Assembly (NCBI GenBank): GCA_037447605.1
Contig: CM074804.1
Coordinates: 248,001 to 312,000 of the forward strand
From: Zygnema circumcarinatum SAG 698-1b
Lineage: Eukaryota; Plantae; Zygnematophyceae
Reading direction: 5' to 3'
Length of the DNA stretch: 64,000 nt
Made by a program: the position numbers and the translations under genes. The notes under the pieces are model-generated. The model did not search any database. It saw nothing but the letters and a program-made list of their open reading frames with translations, and was not told the origin of the DNA. Of the stretch, positions 13,081 to 24,682 are shown piece after piece (within the stretch, counting starts at the first letter, position 1; every line of letters starts with the position of its first letter).

Positions 13081-14819
13081 GAGAGAGGAGGGGGGGGAGG
13101 AGAGAGAGAGGAACGCTCAGCGTTAACTGTGAGGAGAGATAAGTGAGTGAACGTTAGTTGTGAGGTGGTGGGAGAAACACTAGTTGTAAATTGCTCATTT
13201 TTTTTATCATTCAGAAATGGGGGCTTTGGTATGGGAGGTATTCTGTTGGTTGCTCCTTTTGTGAATGTATGCTCTTGTGACACTAGAAGCCCTCCTGTTA
13301 CCTACAAACACTATAAACCTTTAGATTGGGTTAGATTATAAAACTTGCACCTCTTCTTCTTCCCACGTCCGTTGCAGTCCTTCACTACCGAATTTTCTCA
13401 CTCTCTCTCTCTGTCTCTCTCTCCCTCACTCTCCCTTACTCTCCCTCTTACACCAGCTACCCATCTCCACTGCGTTTTCCCCTCTCAATTAGCTCTCCCT
13501 CTCTTCCTCTGACAGTCTCCCACTCGCTCTCCCTCTTTAACTCCCGCACCTTCTCCCCCAACATCCCAGTTTCCGTAAAAAAAGCGATTTGACGTACGAT
13601 TTTTTCAATCAGACAGTTAACAAAATTATCAGAGTGACAAAGTGGTCCAAATTGGCCAGGAAGGATGCTTGGCTAACAGCTTCACTTCCCCTTGAAGCTA
13701 AGTTACAGCCAAAAAATGAAGTTCACCTAATATGCAACCCCAAAATAAACTCTTAAACATGACCTGATCCTGAATCTGAACATCCACAGGGAACACCTGC
13801 ACGCGAGAGAGACAGAGCCTCTCCCCCTCTCTTCTGCGACCTCTCCCTCCCTCTCGCGGCCAGTCAGTGAACGCCGTGCCCTGCCCTTAGAGGAGGACCC
13901 GGCACGCATGTGCGATCTCTCTAACCGGCTTGATTCTTCTCCAGCCTCTTCACCCAAAACCCCCCCGAGTCGTTCATATCGCGTCACCCCTACCAAGCCA
14001 GCCTGCTAGCTAGCTAGGGACTAGGGTAAAGGGAAGGGAACGGGAAGGGGTAACGGGAAGGTGAAGGGGAGACGAAAAGGGACGGGAAAGGGAAGCGGAA
14101 AGAGGAAAAGGGAAGCAGAAAAGGGAAAAAGAAGGGGAGGGAAAGGAAGGGGGAAAGGGAAGAGAGAAGGGAAGGGGAAAGTGAAAAATGAAGGGATGGG
14201 AAGGGGGAAGGGGAAAGGTTAGGGAAAGGTATGGGGAAGAGAAGGGAAAAGGGAAGGGAAAGGGACGAGAAAGGAAAGGAGACAATGGAGGAGGAAAAGG
14301 GAAGGGAACGAGGAGTGGAAAAGGGAAGGACGAGGGAAGGATGCATGTGACTCCTGCCATTGCCGGTGGTACTCACATGCCGCACATACATGTGATACAA
14401 CACAGAATCGCCTCTGAGCGAAGTGTTAAGCATCCACACTCACATCCACGATGTCCTCTATTCGCGCAAAGCATGACATTTTCATTAAAGAAGGACCTTT
14501 CCACAACAAAATAGAGGTAACACTTCACATCATTACATAAAGGGGAAGCCTCCCCCCAACATTCTTCCCAACTCACACCCTACTGTCGCCGCCACTACTA
14601 TAGACCTTTTTTCTATCTCTCTCACACTTTTCTTCCTCGTCTTCTCTTCCTTTTCTCTCTCTCTCTACTTCTTTTGTACACACCTACTTTTCAATTTGAT
14701 TAAACGGCAGTGTCCCATCAGATACGTGAAAGCGAGATCGTTCACTCGCTTAGGTTTGGCCACATTGACATTTCCCATAATTTTCTACTCCTATCCTGTG
14801 GAATAATTAGGCTTAATGC

Positions 14820-16100
14820 CTAGGCAGTGACAGTCTGCACCACCTTCACCCCCTTCCCCCCGGGCGTGACCTGCAGCTCAAAGCGCTTTCCGCGGAGCAC
14901 CACGTACATAGTTCCCGGGCACACGTAATCGATCAGCCGGTCCAAGCGGAAGGGCTCGCCGGGTTTCTGCAACAATTTCCACATAGAATAGACTCTTTAA
15001 AAAAATATGGTAAAACAGTAGGGGACTGTGAAGCAAACCGTGAAGGAACGCAGGAAAGAACAGGAAAGCGCTGTCTTTAATACTGTGGTGGAGGAAGAAA
15101 TAAAACAGCTAACCAACCCAAACCAAACCAGGAGGGCAAGGGGAATTGATAAAATCTAAGTAGAAGCGAAAGTCACCTGAGCACCCGAGTGGATCTGGAT
15201 TCCAGTGATGACTGCATAGTCAGAAGTTGCAGGGTTAACGGTTTGACGGATGAGGGACTCCACGTCTTCAGTGATAACCTGCTCGCCAGAAGTACACCAC
15301 ACAAACACTATTAGCTATTTGCACCGAAATATCTTAAATAGTTCCTCGGTGCTTCTCATCCAAATAGTTGCGGGTAAGAAAAGCATTCAGCTGTAAGCAG
15401 ATCCTCACGTTCAGAGCGGCGTTGGTGACGTCAACAAGGCTCGGCCCACCAGGACCCGCATTGACGCACTGGGGCTGCATCACAGCAAACAACCCAAAAT
15501 CAGCTTTGAAATTTATCTAAAGAAACAAAGAAAACCCACATTCCGATTCACCAACCTTTTCCCTTCCCGTAACATATCACAACTATTACACATCTGGGGT
15601 TCCCTCCAATTTCTGAACTAGGTTCACTTTTCGAAAGCTGTACTTCCCGAAAACTCCATTAAAGAAGGGCTCCAACAAAAATGTCTTGAACTTTCACCTG
15701 CTTGGCAATCTTCTTCTTGAGAGTGATGTACTCCGCATCGAGCTCGTCATCGACAATGGCGCCCCCCTTGGTGACGTCATTCTTGATGGCAATAAGGGCA
15801 CCACAAGCGTTGGAGGGCTTTCCGCGGCCTCTGCGGAGGAGGGATCCGACCTCGCCCGACTCGCCCACTGACACGTGCGGGAATGCAAAGAACACGTCTG
15901 CACAGATTCGAACATAGAGCGGCCGTTATGGGGAGGGGGAAAAAATGTTGATGGGTTCGGTGAGCTATGGCGGGAAGAGCGGTGGGGGGAGAGTAGGGCG
16001 ACAGAGAAATAATGTGCCGCTTGAAAGAGAAGCAGTTGTGGAGAGGAGAGATCAAGAGATGGAATGTAAAAAAGCGGGAGCTGTGTCAGAGAAAGGAAGG

Positions 16101-16178
<78 letters not shown>

Positions 16179-17905
16179 CTCACATCGTTCACGGGGGCGG
16201 CCGTCCACGTCGCAGGGAAACTCGGGGCTGTGGGACATGCCCGCCCTGAGCCCCGTCTTGCCGCAGTTCACGAGACCGCCCAAACCGGAGATGTTGAAGG
16301 ACATGCCGAACTGCTGGTCGATGTACGAGGCGAGAGGGCGGCACACCTGCGAATAGGAAAGGTAGGGCGTTTGATTATAATAACTGCTAAGCATTTTTTT
16401 TTTACGCCAGCTATTTTCTTCACTATGAAAACAGAAAAAGATCAGAGGGTACAAGGAGCAATAAACGTGGAGACGAGGAATGTACCTCATCACGGCAGGT
16501 GTTCACGAGAGCAATGCAGTTCTCCCTGCAGTTAAAACGATAAAAGTAAGCTTCAGCTGAAACAGACTTAAGTGAGGTAAACTGCTGCATCCAGTAAAAG
16601 TTCAGCAAAGAGATTACAGAGTAACAGAAGAAGAATACATAGAATAATATCACATTGCATGCTTGAGCTACTCACTGGGTGAAGCCGAGGGAGAACAGCT
16701 CCTTAGCTACGGCGCGGACGAAGACATCATCCGGCATGGAGTTGGGGAACTTCTCGGAAATCACTTTCACAGCAGTAGGGGCAGCCTGCATTCACACCAA
16801 TCATTTTCTTTCATTACTTTTCAAGTTCGCATAGTCTTTCAGGGTACTTTTCACATCTTTAACAATAAATGAAAATGCACATCACCCCCCCTCTCAACGC
16901 CTACCTCCCTCCCACTCCCCCTCCTCCCACCCTTTCCTCCCACTCCCCCTCTCATCACCTACCTCAGTCACACTCCTCGGAGGAAGGTAGAGGGGGCTTG
17001 AGGGACCCGGGATGTGGGAGGCAGCTTCCACTCCCGCGAACTTGGAGGCGACGGCGGCAGTGGCGGCGGGAGCAGGAGCCTTTTTGTCCTCCTTCTTGAG
17101 GACGTAGGCGAGGCCCGCAGCAGTCAGGAGGGCGGCGCCCGCGAGGAGGGGGACGGAGCTTTGGGACGAGGAGGGGGCGGCGGCGGAGGAAGAGACAGAG
17201 GCGAACTGCAGGGAGGAAGCAGCGCCTGCATGCGGGCGGAAGGGGGGGGGTGAGGGAGAGAGGGAGGGAGAGAGAGCGAGGGAGGGGGACGAGAGTGAGG
17301 GGAAGGGGGGGAAGAGAACGAGAGGAACGGCAATGAGAAACAGGGGCAGAAGTGGGAGACGTAAGATAAGAGGGGAGGGATGGAGGAGCCCTAAGAATGG
17401 AGAAAGCGAAAGAGAGAGTGAAAAGAGAGGAAGAAAGAAAATAGTCTGAGGGTGGAAAGAAAGTGAGATGAGTGAGGGGGGGGAGAGGGAGAGAGAGCGA
17501 GAGAGAGAGGTAGCCTGAGGGTAAACTTCGGGCGTACTTTCATTGGTGTTCTCAGTGGCCGCTGCGCGCACGACAAGGCTGGGGACCGCGGCGCGGCTCT
17601 TCCGGGACTGGGTCCCTGCTAAGTGCCAGAGACAGAAAACAGAAAAAGAAATTACCTTCCATTTTGCTGGCGGGCTGTGCGAATAGACCAGTACCGGGCG
17701 AGGTTGAGGCGAACAGTGTAACCACAAGACACTGCTGCTTCTGATCACGTCTCATTTCCAGAAGCTTACAGGGGGGCAGAGGTAATCCCTAAGCTTCTGG
17801 AAGCATCGAGAAGAGTGGGGCAAGGTTCCCACCTTGGAGGAGGCTGGAAGCATCCCGGGAGAGGCTCACGGTTCCGAAAAGCTGGCTCACTTGGAGGGCG
17901 GCCAT
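14820..17905 (-). CDS. LCIB: LCIB/LCIC-family (beta-carbonic-anhydrase-like) chloroplast protein, ~413 aa, with an N-terminal hydrophobic segment
   Basis: 10 exons in phase: 17905-17833, 17615-17538, 17225-16963, 16785-16676, 16525-16486, 16346-16184, 15897-15698, 15474-15409, 15278-15177, 14966-14820. Motifs NTCRDE, ISGLGGLVNCGKTGLRAGMSHSP, RERYVFFAFPH, SNACGAL and DYAVITGIQIH match the LCIB family; the Cys/His/Cys zinc ligands are present. Confidence 0.92.
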
Positions 17906-18179
17906 GGTTCCGGCTTCGAAGCGGATACGAGCTGTGGGAGGAGAGAGAGGGAGAGAAAGAGAGGGAACGGAGATGATAGCGAGAGGGAGGAGGAGACAGC
18001 GAGGGTGCGAGAGTGCAGATAGGAGCTTTCTCGCTCTACTTATAATATGGGGAGTTGGGGAACCCCGGAACCGGTTCCGCGTGTTCACACTATGGCCGCG
18101 GAACTTTCCCCAAATTTGGGCGATCGACATGAGGTCGGATTCCATGGAGGGTGCTATGGAAGTATTTGACCAATCGTAT

Positions 18180-18700
18180 GGCGCCACGTGTAGCTTATGT
18201 CCTACATGGCGAAACCTGATTGGCTGATATGAACAACAATGGCCAGTTTTGCGTGTTCACACGTGCCAGTGAATCCGAGCGTGGTTCGGCGGCGACATGC
18301 ATTCCCGAGGACGCGGCGGTGTGGCTGCGGCAGAGGGTTCCTATTGGCCCACACGCGCCACGTGGCGTCCGAAGTGGCACTCGAGGCGGATATGTCACCA
18401 CGTTGGACACCACGTGGAGAAATGGGAAGTGCGGATTGGGTGACAGCGAATGAGGGGATTCGATGTGGATATGGCTGGATTCACACAGGTCGGTGGAGTG
18501 CGTGTCGTGGCACAATGGAGAAACCTGATTGGTTATCTTAGTGAGTCAATGTCACGTGACGGTGACATGGCGCGGAATTGAACTTTGATTCGAGAGCCGG
18601 GGAAGGTGCTTTCTGGATGGGCCTCCGAGTGACGTCATCATGGATCCGGCCGCGGACGCCAAGTCAAGTTCGTACTACAGGGAGACTGCGACACGTGGCA
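18180..18700. promoter_or_regulatory. Cluster of G-box/ACGT and CCAAT motifs upstream of LCIB
   Basis: CACGTG at 18185, 18359 (inside palindrome CGCCACGTGGCG), 18411, 18553 (GTCACGTGAC) and 18692; TGACGTCA near 18630; CTGATTGG near 18217 and 18525. Function is inferred. Confidence 0.45.
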
Positions 18701-19249
18701 CTCTTTGGCGCGACATAAGTGACGCTCATGTACGGTCTGTTTTGTCCTTATTGAGACAAATCTGGTCCAGAACCCATGAAAGGGGAGCCCCTGGAAAGCA
18801 ACCGACAACGCGGGGAGGTAAGGCCCTGAAAGGAAAGGTTTATCTGGTGGAGGGTGTCGTACAAATGGAGGTTTGTACGGACATTCAGATGTACGGATGC
18901 ATAAATGTACGATCATACGGCACATTAATGGATGGTTCCCAGGTACAGTTCCGTACCTCCAGCGGGGCACCTCGTCGTCGTGTGGTGCCCGGCTGTGCCC
19001 CGACATAGCCGTTGCATGCATGTCAAGGGCCCACAACACATTGTTCAGTTCTAGTTCGTTGCACTATCTTTCTAGCACGAATTCGCATGAAATTTTCGAC
19101 CATCTTGATGTCTTGTGGCAATCGCGGGACAGAAGTTAGTGACGTGAGGACGTGGCATACTTTATTCTATTCGATTGTATTTTACTCACATTTCCTATTG
19201 TTGCTTCACATGTTTGGTTTGTGAAAAAGCGTCCAAACGATGTGCTACC

Positions 19250-19259
19250 GATGATGATG

Positions 19260-19342
<83 letters not shown>

Positions 19343-19364
19343 GGTGATGTTGATGATGATGATG
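19250..19364. repeat. (GAT)n microsatellite
   Basis: Read directly; source of the poly-M, poly-D and poly-I ORFs. Confidence 0.97.
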
Positions 19365-19923
19365 CAGTGAGTTAGTGATGGAACCACAAGCCCACCATCA
19401 CGAGGGAGCCATGGAGTGAACCGGCCCATTCCCACACACTGAATGCATACGAATGAGAAATGGCTTAAGTGGTGTTCCATGGACTAGGCCGTGCGTAGGG
19501 GCATGACTGCTCCCTTACAAGGAGCCCTGCTCTACACCATGGCGCCGTCCTTCAAGTTCTCCACCCTCTACTCCTATCATCTCTCGATATGGTCATTACA
19601 ATTTCAAGGGCGGCATAGTTGTGCCATTTGGCAGCCACCTCTTCTTAACCTTCTCCTTCCCTCCTCCCTCCCTCCCTCCTACACCTAAAATGCTTTCTCT
19701 CTCATAGGCAGTCCCCATCAGTCCGACTCCAAATCCAATAACCAGCTTCTGCCACTTCGCGTCACGTCACGTTTCTTCAAGATTCCGTTAAAGAAATCAG
19801 GGGCCCCTGTCTTTAATCCAACGTCGAATGAGAATTTTCGATCCAAAAAGTACCCTTGCTCAATATTCACATGCCCACATGCCAAGGAGAAATGAAGTCG
19901 TGAGTTCGCTTTATTTGAGTCGC

Positions 19924-22900
19924 TCAGAACCCTGCTCCAGTGGTCCGCTCCCCCACCGTCTCCCCGTACTGCGGCCCGCCGGTGCGGTACGCATACAGGT
20001 ACTCGATGGCCACACCTTTCAGCTTTTGGGGAACAATTCCGAGGTCGGCGAACTTCAAAGCTGCAGCATTCAGCTCAGCTCAGCTCAGCTCAGTTCAGTT
20101 CAGTTCAGTTCAGTTCAGTTCAGTTCAGTTCAGTTCGTTTCAGTTCCAGTTTCAGTTCAGTTCCAGTTTTAGTTTCAGTTTCAGTTTCAGTCCAAGCCGG
20201 TGTGGTACAAGTACGCTTTTGAGAGAAGCAGACGACCGTGATGAAGCAAGGAAGGGATAGGTAGGTCGATTGTGTCACGTCACGCGGTCACATAGACGTT
20301 AGCATGAGGAGGGATGGGGTCATCGGCTTTACCATCTTCCGCGACAACATGATCAAATGCGAGCGATTCGATGAAGTCGAGTGTGAACATGGTCGGGGCA
20401 GGAATTGGGAAGGGGACTCGGCGAAGCAGCAATTCCCGAGGGGTGGCCAAAACCTGTAATTTGAAATATCCCTCGAGGCCAATCAGGGAGTGCCAGCTGG
20501 CCACACGGGAAAGCTGCTTCTCCCCGTATCGTTATTTGGCTCAAATTCCCGACAACTGGCAACCAGGAAAGGGAGGAGAGAGGGAGAACTAGCAGAAAAA
20601 CAGAGCAGGGGGGACTCAAAGGAAGGGCTATTGCAACACTGGCCTTAGCTGAAAACAAAAGTTCTACTCAGAACTTTTTGTTTACCTTGGCAACTGGGAT
20701 CGGAATGCTGGTAATACGCGGAGTTTCTCGGATGGTCTCAAACATAAGCTCCACCTGCTCACAACTCCCCCCCCACCACCCCCCATACTATGATAATGCA
20801 CAATTCAGAACCCCCAACCCCTGTGAATCCCAGAATGAAAAAAACCAGAAAGTCTCAAAGTTCATCAAACTCCAAAGCTCCATATTTTCTGATACTTTTA
20901 ACGCACCATGTCTCTTATGGACATGACATCGGGTCCTCCAAGCTCATACACTCTCCCAATGCTCCTTCCGTCGTCCATTGCAGCCGACAGAACGGCTTTG
21001 GCCACATCCGCCACATGGACAGGCTGGAAACTGCCAAAAACCGACAACACAATGAAAGATAAGATGATGCAATGAGAAAAACAGTTTATGTATTGCAAAT
21101 TCAGAATCGAAATTATAAGTTAAAAATAAACGACATGAAAGAGATAGAGAGATAGGTGAGAGAGAGAAAGCAGGAAGGGGGAGGAGGGATGATTGCGAGA
21201 GCGAAGAACGGGAGGACAAACCGTTGATGAGACAGGTCTGAGGAAGTAAAAAGGAGAGAATATGACAAAGGGGTATGTGGAGAGAGAAGGCGAAACATGG
21301 AGGGAGAGACGGTATCTCCCTGCATGCACACTCACAGAGTCACTCCTCCTCCGATCAACGGAACAGCGGGCAGCTTCTTTGCTTGAATCGCCCACGAATT
21401 CAGCAAACGATCTTCCGTTCCAATCAACGGAGCCGCCCTCAACACAGTCGCCTGCAGACAGCTCCGCCATTCCCACAATTCCTACTCAGACGCTATGACA
21501 CTACAAAAATTCTGAACATGTAAGTGTTTCGGAATCTAAAAAGTGAAACGTGGAAATAACATTATTCTTATATCGATACATTCGCATGCAGAGTTAGGCT
21601 CGTGCATGCCTGCGGGAAGGCCTCAAAAGCAGCGGCCTCTCCTGCCGCCTTTGTTCGGTGCTGCTTTGAAGGCGCATGCGGAGAAGCCCCGAGACAGGAC
21701 AGCTGGATATACCGCGCTACATTTCCTTGCTCCGTCGAGAACTGGAAATCCGCCATAGAAAGAGCGTCAAATCACCTGGTTACTCGAGAGTAAACATTTC
21801 TCTCTCTCTATATATATATCTCTGCAAACTCCAGAGATGTACCAATATGACTTCAAGAATTGGGATGTACCCTGGCGATTTTCTCAGCTGCGGCGATGTT
21901 GATATCTTCAAAGCTGAAATTACGAGTCTCCCAATCGCGCCCTGCGTCCTATTCAGCATGTACCGCCAGTCAACTCCACAGCGAACAATCTAGGTACGCT
22001 GAAAAGGCGAGTACACATGGTAGATACACAAAGAACATGCCAGTTTAAGAGTTTACATGGAAAGGAAAAGGCCATAGTTCTCCACGAGAACAGAGTGCTT
22101 CTATGAGGCATACCGATTAAGTTGATGACTACATTCGACTTTGCCATAACTGAACGGATAGAATCATCGTCCCTGAGGTTGTACTTCAAAGGTAGCACCT
22201 GCTCCTCTCCCACCCCCACCCCATCTCTTTGACTTTAGTGAAATGCAGAAAGGTCCAGCTGAAGCACAAAATGTCTTTGAAAGGTTGATGGCAAGGGAGA
22301 GGAAGGGGTGGAAGGAGGGAGATGGGGAGGGCGGGAAGGAGGGAAGAGAGGGAGGGTTGAGGATAAATGAGAGACCACGCTAACAGAGGGGATCGAGGGG
22401 AGGACGAGAGAAAGGGACAGTCGAGAGAAACATAAACAAGGCAGTGACAGTGAGAGAGGGAGAGGGAGGGAGGGAAAAAAACACCTGTCCAAGGTCACCC
22501 ATGAGCTTCAGGTGGCGAGGCTCGTCATCCACTCCGCGATACGGAACCATCACTTGTGAACCCGTGCGAGCTGTCCTCACAAAAAACAAAATCATGCAGA
22601 AGGTGAGCTGAATGTGCGTCAAATTCTCCGCACTAAACTGATAGACAGAGAGACATTAGCAGAAATGACGGTACACTAAGAACAGTGATCTTTCTCTTAG
22701 ACTGCCAATAGTGATCTTTGTCTCAGATAGCCATTCATGCCGCATAGAACCTCAGTTCAGAGAAGAGCACCTACCAAGCATCTGTACAACGTAGCGCCCA
22801 AGGAATCCCGTCGCTCCGAACACGGTAGCAACCATTCCACTGCATATGAACCATAACCCATATGAAGTTTCAGCATAATGAACAGGGTTTGTAAGCCTTG

Positions 22901-23656
22901 TTAACGTACTCAGGTTTGAAACTCAGGGTTTCAAGTTTCGGGCACTATAAGGTACTCGTTTCATAAAATACACATGTTAACTCGCATAATCCAGACAATG
23001 TGAGCGCGTGGACTTTCAAGACGAAAAGCTTCACATAAGTTTTCAGTTGTTCAAGCAATACTTCCTGGAACGGGGGTAAAGTGCTTCAAATATTGCAAAA
23101 AAGCACCCAAAACTCTGCTTCCACGGGCTCCTCCACATGCAAATCCTAATCCTTTCCACGTGCGAATCTTCATCGTTTCCCACCTCATGAAACACTTATT
23201 CCTTCTCACTCAAAATCAAACGCGAGCTCTGATCCATCCGCCCGTCGGCTTTTGTGCAAACCCTAATAGACCACTTCAAACGCAAACCCTAATCCATCCC
23301 CCACTGCCAACCCTAACCGATCCATCCAAATATAAGGCCTAATATTTCCACTCTCTAACATGCGAAATCCTTCACCTTGCAAACTCTGCCATTAATGCAA
23401 ACCCTAATCCTACTCTCCCCTGCCGTCTGACACCCGAACCCTAATCATGGACGCACCTCACTGAGGACCTCCCACCCGGCCCCTTCGCTGTGATGTTGCT
23501 GCGTACTGCCAGAGATGACACGTGGCGCGCAGTCAATGCCTCGCTGCATCCGAGCTGCGGGATGGGCTCCTCGCGCAGCCCCGCCGCCACGGCGGGGCAG
23601 CGAAGGAGTGGAGAAAGGAGCTGCGCTCTACGCGCCAGCGGGCGGGCGGCAGCCAT
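19924..23656 (-). CDS. NDUFA9: Mitochondrial complex I 39-kDa subunit (NDUFA9, SDR fold)
   Basis: 11 exons in phase: 23656-23457, 22839-22775, 22570-22485, 22198-22114, 21941-21871, 21741-21610, 21451-21336, 21030-20907, 20754-20686, 20453-20333, 20060-19924. Motifs [72 protein letters not shown]. Intron 6 needs a GC donor. Confidence 0.96.
20070..20191. repeat. (CTCAG/TTCAG/TTTCAG)n array in the last intron of NDUFA9
   Basis: Read directly. Confidence 0.92.
23258..23445 (+). promoter_or_regulatory. Five telo-box-like motifs (AAACCCTAAT/AACCCTAA) in NDUFA9 intron 1
   Basis: Copies at 23258, 23284, 23309, 23399 and 23437, all in the same orientation. Confidence 0.5.
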
Positions 23657-24682
23657 GGCTGCTGCCAGACCCCTCCGGCGAAAGGGAGAGAAGGGGGAGT
23701 GAGGGAGAGGGAGAGGGAGAGGGAGAGAAGGCGGAGGGAGGGAGGGAGGGTGGGAGGGAGGCAGGGAAACAGCACGTTGCTGGCCCTAATGAATCCACAA
23801 TGTAAATACTTTTCAGCGCAAAATATCATTTGTCCCTGCCAATTTTGAAGGAATAATTCCAGTCCTAGTCCAATTTCTTACGATATACGGAAGCGAGGGA
23901 GGATCATTTCCGTGTCCGGCAGTTGAGCGTTTCGTAGACTTGAACATGTATGACCATAGACACGGCTTCAACGATTGTAAACGATAGATCCCGATATATC
24001 TTAACCGTATCGCGTACACGATATCATTCCGATACGAACATCACCTCCAGAAGGCTCGCAAGTTGCATCGCATGCATGTGTTGAACAACGGCCATGAACT
24101 ATGTCAATGTCGCTTGTTGAGTGCAATCGCTCTAGATCCAAACATCTAGACAGGCCTTGAAAAGTACTTCACCGTAGTGCAGTACTTCTGAACAAGTTCT
24201 ACAATGTCGGTAACTTCGGTAAGTCATTGTCAACAAGGCAAATGACTGCAATCGCACACATGAAACAGCAACGCAAACAAGCACAAACATCCCATGCTTC
24301 AATGTAAGGATGAACCACTGAATGCTTTTGAGACGCACCAAAACTTAACATAAATCGTCTCGAAAAATGGGACCCAAATGATGCATGCGAACATTGCGAT
24401 CCTTCTGGGAGGATTTGACGGCTCAATTGAGCTTCGTCATGGCTCCCTCGACCATCATCTAAACTCCGTTCTTTGTATGAATGGATGGCTCAAAAATTTA
24501 AATGAGAAGGGAAGATAGATAGGTTATATGCACATGTCCGACTTAGGAGTGGCGGTAACCGAAAATCGAAGGGAGGGCAGGGGCCCTGCCTGGTGGGGGC
24601 GAGTTCTCTATTCCAGAGAGGAGAGAAATGTGACTAAAAATGTTTAAAATTCTCTTAAATGTTTCTAAAGTGAAGAAAAAGC

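Noticed and set aside
18638-19139. ORFs of 88-133 aa between LCIB and NDUFA9
   Set aside because: No recognisable motif, no supporting exon chain, and overlapping ORFs on both strands.
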